Virus record (IMG/VR): IMGVR_UViG_3300044516_000384
Coordinates: 1-63,896 of that record
Reading direction: 5' to 3' (one strand)
Length of the DNA: 63,896 bases
Source: a virus
Taxonomy: Duplodnaviria; Caudoviricetes
Positions 58,587-63,896 of the stretch are shown here, in pieces (position 1 is the first letter of the stretch; every line of letters starts with the position of its first letter). The translations under genes were made by a program, and so were the position numbers. A model generated the notes under the pieces. That model did no database searches. It worked only from the letters and a program-made list of their open reading frames with translations, and was not told the origin of the DNA.

Positions 58587-58615
58587 GTGAGGGGTGCGTC
58601 TCACTAACAACGCAC
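58587..58615 (+). promoter_or_regulatory. Intergenic pseudoknot repeat, copy 3
   Basis: GTGAGG-GGTGCG-TCTCAC-TAACAA-CGCAC. Confidence 0.7.
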
Positions 58616-58641
58616 AACTACACAATATAGAGGAAAACATA

Positions 58642-60073
58642 ATGTATCGACAATGGTATGAACGCAAAATCAAACTTGATGATGGATATCAAGTGTCTAT
58701 TATCTGCAAACAACTGGTTAGTTATGGAGAAGATGAAAAGTTGTTTGAATGTGCTTTGATTACACCAGATGATTACGTCGATGATGATTCTGTAACAGGT
58801 TACTTAGACTTTCATCAGGTTGCAGAGTACATCAATAAAGCTAAGGAAAAACACAATGAAATACACAGAACCAACGTTTCGTAAACTCGTAGATGAGATG
58901 CTGACAAAGACTATCGGATTTGACAGTACTGATCTACCTGACTTTAGTCTTTGGGAATACTTTGACCTTGACTACGATTACACACCACAAGAAATAGCTG
59001 AAGCCGCACAAATAGCAAGCATTGATCTGCTTGTTGAAGCTGATGGGCCAAGCGATTTATTGATTGAGATAGTACAAGACTTGATAAAACAAGAAGCAAA
59101 CACACTAAGAGGAATTTAATTATGAAAAAACTAAAACTCGTTTCTGTTCCAATGTTTAATGCACCCGGCGTATTGCGTTGGGCACGTCATTTCTATCGCA
59201 TGACTAACTGCTCAAAGAAAGATAAGAAGTATTTTTTAGGTGTCATGCGTTCATGGGTACAGAGAGATGCTAAATATTGTCTTGAGTGTGCAGACGAATT
59301 CATTGAATGGAATGTTAATGAAGAGTTTGTAACCATCACAGTTGATAGAAGGAAAAAGAAATGAGTTTTGAATTTAGACCTATCAAATACACATTCTGGA
59401 ATACGTTCGGGGATAACACCCCGAACGATTTAGTTTGCATGTATATCGAACCGCATTACGGTGAGCCATGCCTTATCAAGATTAGGCGCAGACTTGCTAC
59501 AGAAATCGGATGTAAGAGACTACGTCAAGGTGTAGAGTGGCACGTCAATGATACTGACTGCTCCATGTGGAGTCAACGCCATGCAGTCATAGGTTTTGCT
59601 GAAGTGTTAGCACCAATAACAGTTGAGTCAAAGAAACAAGCTCTGGCGGTGTGTGAGTTTATGGAGTTAAAAACATGAGTGACAACATAATGATACAAGC
59701 ATGGGATGAGATTATTGCTGATTCACAAGAAGCTGAAGAGTGCATTGTCTCTTTGTACAGCGTTGAGCCGTATTATGGTGGCCCAGAGGAAGGAGGTTGG
59801 TGGGGTAACTTGTACATACTTAGAAAGTATGTACGATGCAGCAATCGAGATGCAGCAGAGAGTCTACAAACAAAACTGCAGGAAAGGTGTTCACAATTAA
59901 ACTATGAAGCAAAAATAGCAGACGGGGAACACTGTTTACGTCAGATCGAACGTGCTGATGCACGAGGCGAAGACATTGATGACTATGGTTATGATGGACC
60001 AAGTTCATACAACGTAATCATCGAGAAGTTTCCCGGTGAGAATCAAGTAACAGAAAGATCACATTACGAATAA
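58642..60073 (+). CDS. Five early hypothetical genes (58642-58884, 58856-59119, 59122-59364, 59361-59678, 59675-60073)
   Basis: Packed ORFs; GY..SI...SYG....LFE.A and YGGPEEGGWW motifs recur in other phage early proteins. Confidence 0.65.
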
Positions 60074-60582
60074 TGCCACTCAAAAAACTTACGCCTGAAC
60101 AAACAGCGTCAATACGACATCAAGCAAACAACGGCGTAAGTGTAGTTGCACTTGCAGCTAAATACAAGTTGTCTCAACAACACATATACAGAATTAAGAA
60201 CAACGAAAGACGAGATAGGAAGACAAAACAAATGAGTACATATAACGGCTGGACTAATTACGCAACGTGGTTGTTTTATCTGCATCATCAGGAGCAAGTA
60301 GAGAACTGGTATTACGATGAGCCAGCAAGCACACGCAAAGATGTTGATGAAACAAATCTTCAAAATTACTTTGAGGAAATGTATGGCGAGCTGATTGATG
60401 GCGTCGCAAACATTTATATCACTGACGTTCTCAACAATGAGCTACGTGATGTGAATTGGAAGGAGGTAATGAAGACATTACGAGCAGAAGATGAGACATA
60501 TGACGCCAACTGGACAGAAGAAGGCGCAATAACAAACTACCTAGACCATGTAGCAGAAAACAAAGATAGAGAAAGAAACTAA
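60073..60582 (+). CDS. HTH domain joined to an acidic YNGWTNY.TW domain
   Basis: LTPEQ...IR.....GVS...LA.KY.LS.Q.I.RI HTH; second possible start at 60232. Confidence 0.65.
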   Translation: MPLKKLTPEQTASIRHQANNGVSVVALAAKYKLSQQHIYRIKNNERRDRKTKQMSTYNGWTNYATWLFYLHHQEQVENWYYDEPASTRKDVDETNLQNYFEEMYGELIDGVANIYITDVLNNELRDVNWKEVMKTLRAEDETYDANWTEEGAITNYLDHVAENKDRERN

Positions 60583-61475
60583 TGACAGCACAACAATACC
60601 TCGCTAAGTTTGGGCTGGATGCAAATCCAGCCCTTTTCACCAATGTACACAATGGCAAACACATGAAGCCCAAGTACAACTCGTACTGCATCTATGACGG
60701 CGTTAGCCAGCTGGATCGACGTTCGCGCATCATATGTGTCATGTCTAACTGCCAGACTAACAATGAGGACTGGAACATCAAGACTGGTGACATGATTCAG
60801 TCATACATCATCATGCGTGATATTCATCCACAAGTTGCCATTGACCAACTACTTGATGGTTGTATCTGTGGTAACTGTACACACCGCAAGCGACGCAAGC
60901 GTCACACACGTACTGCTAAAATCAAGGATGTACGTACGTGTTACGTCAACATCGGCAAGGGTACTTCAGCTGTCTGGGAGTCATTTCAAAAGGGCAATAT
61001 ACCTATTGTGTCTAGCACTGTTGCCGCTACTATTCAGGTAGTTGCTGGCAAGAAACTACGAATGGGTACATACGGTGACCCTGTTGCCGTGCCATTCCCA
61101 ATCTGGGGTGACATGCTACGCTATGAGCTTGGTCATACTGGCTATACACATCAATGGCGTATGCCAGTAGCCAAGCCGTTCCGTGGTGTACTTCAAGCAT
61201 CATGTGACTCATACATTGATCGATGGGAAGCCAAACAGGCTGGCTGGGGTACGTTTCTAGTTCGTCCACACGATGGATATATTGACAAGCGCCACACTGC
61301 TTATGCCCGTGGCGCCAAACAATGCCCAAGCGATCCATTCATTAACGAGATGCGAGTAATGCGGAATATGCTGAAAATGCATACTACATGCGACACTTGT
61401 CCTGCATCTCTACGCTGTGATGGCGATAGCGATATTGTCATCCGTGCCCACGGCTCAGCTGCTCTGTGGGTTTAA
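60582..61475 (+). CDS. Cys-rich putative Fe-S / radical-SAM-fold-like phage protein
   Basis: ICGNC.H, CYV, R.G.YGDP, TGYTHQW, ASCDS, CP...TCDTC...C, I.AHG. Confidence 0.55.
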   Translation: MTAQQYLAKFGLDANPALFTNVHNGKHMKPKYNSYCIYDGVSQLDRRSRIICVMSNCQTNNEDWNIKTGDMIQSYIIMRDIHPQVAIDQLLDGCICGNCTHRKRRKRHTRTAKIKDVRTCYVNIGKGTSAVWESFQKGNIPIVSSTVAATIQVVAGKKLRMGTYGDPVAVPFPIWGDMLRYELGHTGYTHQWRMPVAKPFRGVLQASCDSYIDRWEAKQAGWGTFLVRPHDGYIDKRHTAYARGAKQCPSDPFINEMRVMRNMLKMHTTCDTCPASLRCDGDSDIVIRAHGSAALWV

Positions 61476-61505
61476 TTAAACACAATAAACACGAGGTAAA
61501 TAAAC

Positions 61506-62531
61506 ATGTTCTATTCAATAGCAGATTACGACGAGTGGTCAACTGACCACTGGGACGGACAAGGGCACTACACCAAAGACGGTGAGTGCCTATCACCAGC
61601 CAATGGCGCATACTTTATGGCAGCCCTTGGTAGGCGTATCTTTAATACGTCCCTTATTCGATATACCGATGCAGCAATACGTCGCTTTATCAGTGAAGAA
61701 GAAGCACAAGGAGAAGTAAAAGTTACCGAGGATGAAATCACAAAGTTCATTGCCTTAGTACAGTCCGTGTACCACGAACGCACCATAGAAGAATTTAATG
61801 AGGCTATGTGGGAATACATCTGTGACTCTACATACAGCGAGTGGAATGACATATTTAGTGCGCATGACCTAGGTTTTGCATGCAAATTAGAAGAACCAGA
61901 ATTTTGGGTAACACATTGACAGTAGAAGAGATTGATCAAGACGAAGAGAACTTCCAGAACGAGTTGCGATGGCTGCGGGAGAAATACCCGCAGTTTTACA
62001 TTGAGATATGGGGACCATACGACTTTGCATTGCAACTAAGACATGATAGTGGATACCCAACTGGGTATGAACTAGCACAGTCTGCAGCAGACAACTGGGA
62101 TAAATGGGTGGGTGTAGTCGAAGTATTACACGACACATTTGATGCTCACGTTGGTACGAATTGGGATCGGCTTACACAAGCAATAAAGGAGATTAATAGA
62201 GATGCAAAATGATTACACACCTGAACACATGACGTTTACTATTCAATCCATCAACACGGAGTGGTGGTACGAGATGATGATGGACATGATCCAATACAAC
62301 GATTGGGTCAAGAATGTACGCACCGTTGAACATACAGATACAAACTGGGTGCTTGAGATTATTGATGATGAATGTGAAACACATCTTATATCAGATCTAA
62401 ATCTATTGGAACACCTGCGTAAATGCTGGTCAATTGGTGATCGTACGTTTTTAGAGCCACAGAATGTTGACTACGACATCATCGACTGCATTGTGCAGGA
62501 GTTGTGCTTTGGTGAGTTAGTTTACGGTTAA
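61506..62531 (+). CDS. Three acidic early hypothetical genes (61506-61919, 61916-62212, 62202-62531)
   Basis: Packed ORFs rich in Asp/Glu/Trp. Confidence 0.65.
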
Positions 62532-62542
62532 GGAGTAACACA

Positions 62543-63049
62543 ATGCCGAATTGGTGCGTTAACACATTTATTGTTTCTGGTGACAACATCGACGATGTAA
62601 CAAAATGGCAAACAGAAAACACAACTGTAGATAAACATGGTCTTTACCAAGTAGATTTCAATGGCTCAGTGCCAATGCCAGATGAAGAAGATGGCAACAA
62701 CTGGTACACATGGTCTCTGTCCAACTGGGGGACTAAATGGAATGCATGTTACGGATGCATACTGGAGAGTATTGGTAATGATAACGAGTTACGGTATTCG
62801 TTTGACACAGCATGGGGTCCACCACGTGAGTGGTTCATAACCATGAGTGCAAAGTATCCCAAGCTTAACTTTGCAATGCATTACTCAGAACCCGGCATGT
62901 GCTTTGCTGGCACTATGTCCAGACAAGACGGTTACTTTGACGAAGTGCAACGAGTAAATGAAGAGTTGACTGATGAAGACAAAGAAGCAATGGGTTACAC
63001 ACCATGCGAGTGTTGCAAGGGTTGGGAAGAAGAATGCATGTGTGACTGA
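62543..63049 (+). CDS. YubB/DUF1281 ferredoxin-like domain protein
   Basis: MPNWC.N, WY.W...NWGTKWN, FDTAW.PP, Y.EPG..FAG. Confidence 0.85.
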   Translation: MPNWCVNTFIVSGDNIDDVTKWQTENTTVDKHGLYQVDFNGSVPMPDEEDGNNWYTWSLSNWGTKWNACYGCILESIGNDNELRYSFDTAWGPPREWFITMSAKYPKLNFAMHYSEPGMCFAGTMSRQDGYFDEVQRVNEELTDEDKEAMGYTPCECCKGWEEECMCD

Positions 63050-63089
63050 TATACTAATGTATTACAAATCAATATCTTGAAAGGAAATT

Positions 63090-63509
63090 ATGTTAGAAGA
63101 ATTAGTTTCGTTAATGAATGAGATGCAGTCAGATGCAGATCCACAACTTAAAGAGGGATGGAAACAAATAGAGCCATTGATATCACCAAGTGGAATCATT
63201 ACACTCACGTGGCCTAAATGGAAATTAAAAATCACATCATTTAAAATGCCGAACACACAAGAAGGAAAGACAAATCATTTTGAAAATTTAAAAACCATTG
63301 ATGAATTGTATGTAAGCAAAGCAGATCAAGATAAACCAACATTACTTTGGAGAACTCCGCAATCAGAAACAAAATACAACTGGTCAGAATATGAAAAGCC
63401 TTACGTTGTAGATGTTGTTGATTGGTTCCTTAAAGGTGATTGGACTCCTCCTTGGAAATGTGGACATTGTATGGCAAGACACAAGACATCAAGTCCACCT
63501 AAGTTCTAA
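63090..63509 (+). CDS. Hypothetical protein with C-terminal CxxC
   Basis: AAGGA RBS; 139 aa. Confidence 0.65.
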   Translation: MLEELVSLMNEMQSDADPQLKEGWKQIEPLISPSGIITLTWPKWKLKITSFKMPNTQEGKTNHFENLKTIDELYVSKADQDKPTLLWRTPQSETKYNWSEYEKPYVVDVVDWFLKGDWTPPWKCGHCMARHKTSSPPKF

Positions 63510-63896
63510 TGCCATCAAGAAGACGGAGTACTTATCATCCTGTCTGTTACTATGTAGACTCTCCGCTTGGTAGGGTCTACATAAGTAATCAGTTCACAGC
63601 AAAGATAATTTATCAACTGTGGTGTCAGTACTGCTGTGAGTATTCAATAGATGGCGTCATAGTTCTTCACGCTATGATGTCACCCAATGGATGGTCAACA
63701 TGGAGTAGGAAGCACATTATTGATTTGCTTAACGGTGGATGGAAATCAAGACTGCTTTGTAAATCAATAGTAAACGACTCAATAAGAAAGGAAATAATGT
63801 TCAACGCGAACGTAAGTGTTACGACAGATGAGTATGAATGGTTTGCGTCTCATAAATGGAATGACATGCAACCTAATGTATGTCACAGTCTTACAC
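63509..63896 (+). CDS. Hypothetical protein running off the end; continues as 37-312 (about 187 aa in total)
   Basis: Open frame from ATG 63509 with TAATG overlap. Confidence 0.65.
   Translation, partial: MPSRRRSTYHPVCYYVDSPLGRVYISNQFTAKIIYQLWCQYCCEYSIDGVIVLHAMMSPNGWSTWSRKHIIDLLNGGWKSRLLCKSIVNDSIRKEIMFNANVSVTTDEYEWFASHKWNDMQPNVCHSLT

Noticed and set aside
57155-58615. The repeats as a CRISPR mini-array
   Set aside because: Copies are separated by whole genes of 0.5-0.9 kb, and there are no cas genes.
57146-58644. Pseudoknots as stop-codon readthrough or frameshift signals, given the MuLV-like spacing after the stops
   Set aside because: The downstream genes are all in the +1 frame. Readthrough gives only dead-end extensions, the +1 frame is blocked by an immediate TAG in copies 1 and 3, and I see no slippery heptamer.
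1-63896. Stop-codon reassignment or a lysogeny module
   Set aside because: Genes tile densely under the standard code using all three stops, none of the tRNAs is a suppressor, and no integrase, ParA or CI-like repressor was recognised.

Overview
This window is a complete, circularly assembled tailed dsDNA phage genome of about 63,760 bp. Bases 11-136 are repeated exactly at 63771-63896, and one ORF reads through the junction. The gene set is podovirus-like: there is no tape-measure protein, but there is a 4430-aa internal virion protein. I found no integrase or DNA polymerase. There are two arms. The + strand arm runs from about 53.5 kb through the junction to 5.7 kb. It holds about 30 small early genes, then recombination and replication genes (VRR-NUC nuclease, Rad52-like annealing protein, Gam-like protein, LmbU-like regulator, HTH initiator, loader, DnaB). 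The - strand arm runs from 53.1 kb down to 5.7 kb. It holds dUTPase, three tRNAs, ThyX, SSB, a block of low-complexity proteins, TerS/TerL, portal, scaffold, capsid, adaptors, holins, fibres, nozzle, ejection proteins and a CHAP endolysin. The most unusual signals are non-coding: (i) three intergenic copies of a small H-type pseudoknot with compensatory base changes, each between a stop codon and the next RBS; (ii) an anticodon-less tRNA-like element overlapping an early stop codon; (iii) a candidate promoter-to-terminator sRNA with an anti-Shine-Dalgarno tract; (iv) a three-way-junction leader before the first early gene; (v) an iteron-like origin located far from the initiator gene. Also notable are near-complete CCWGG avoidance and a shared R-x-x-R-G-hydrophobic motif in three adjacent unknown proteins. 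All family calls come from motif recognition by eye; no database searches were run.
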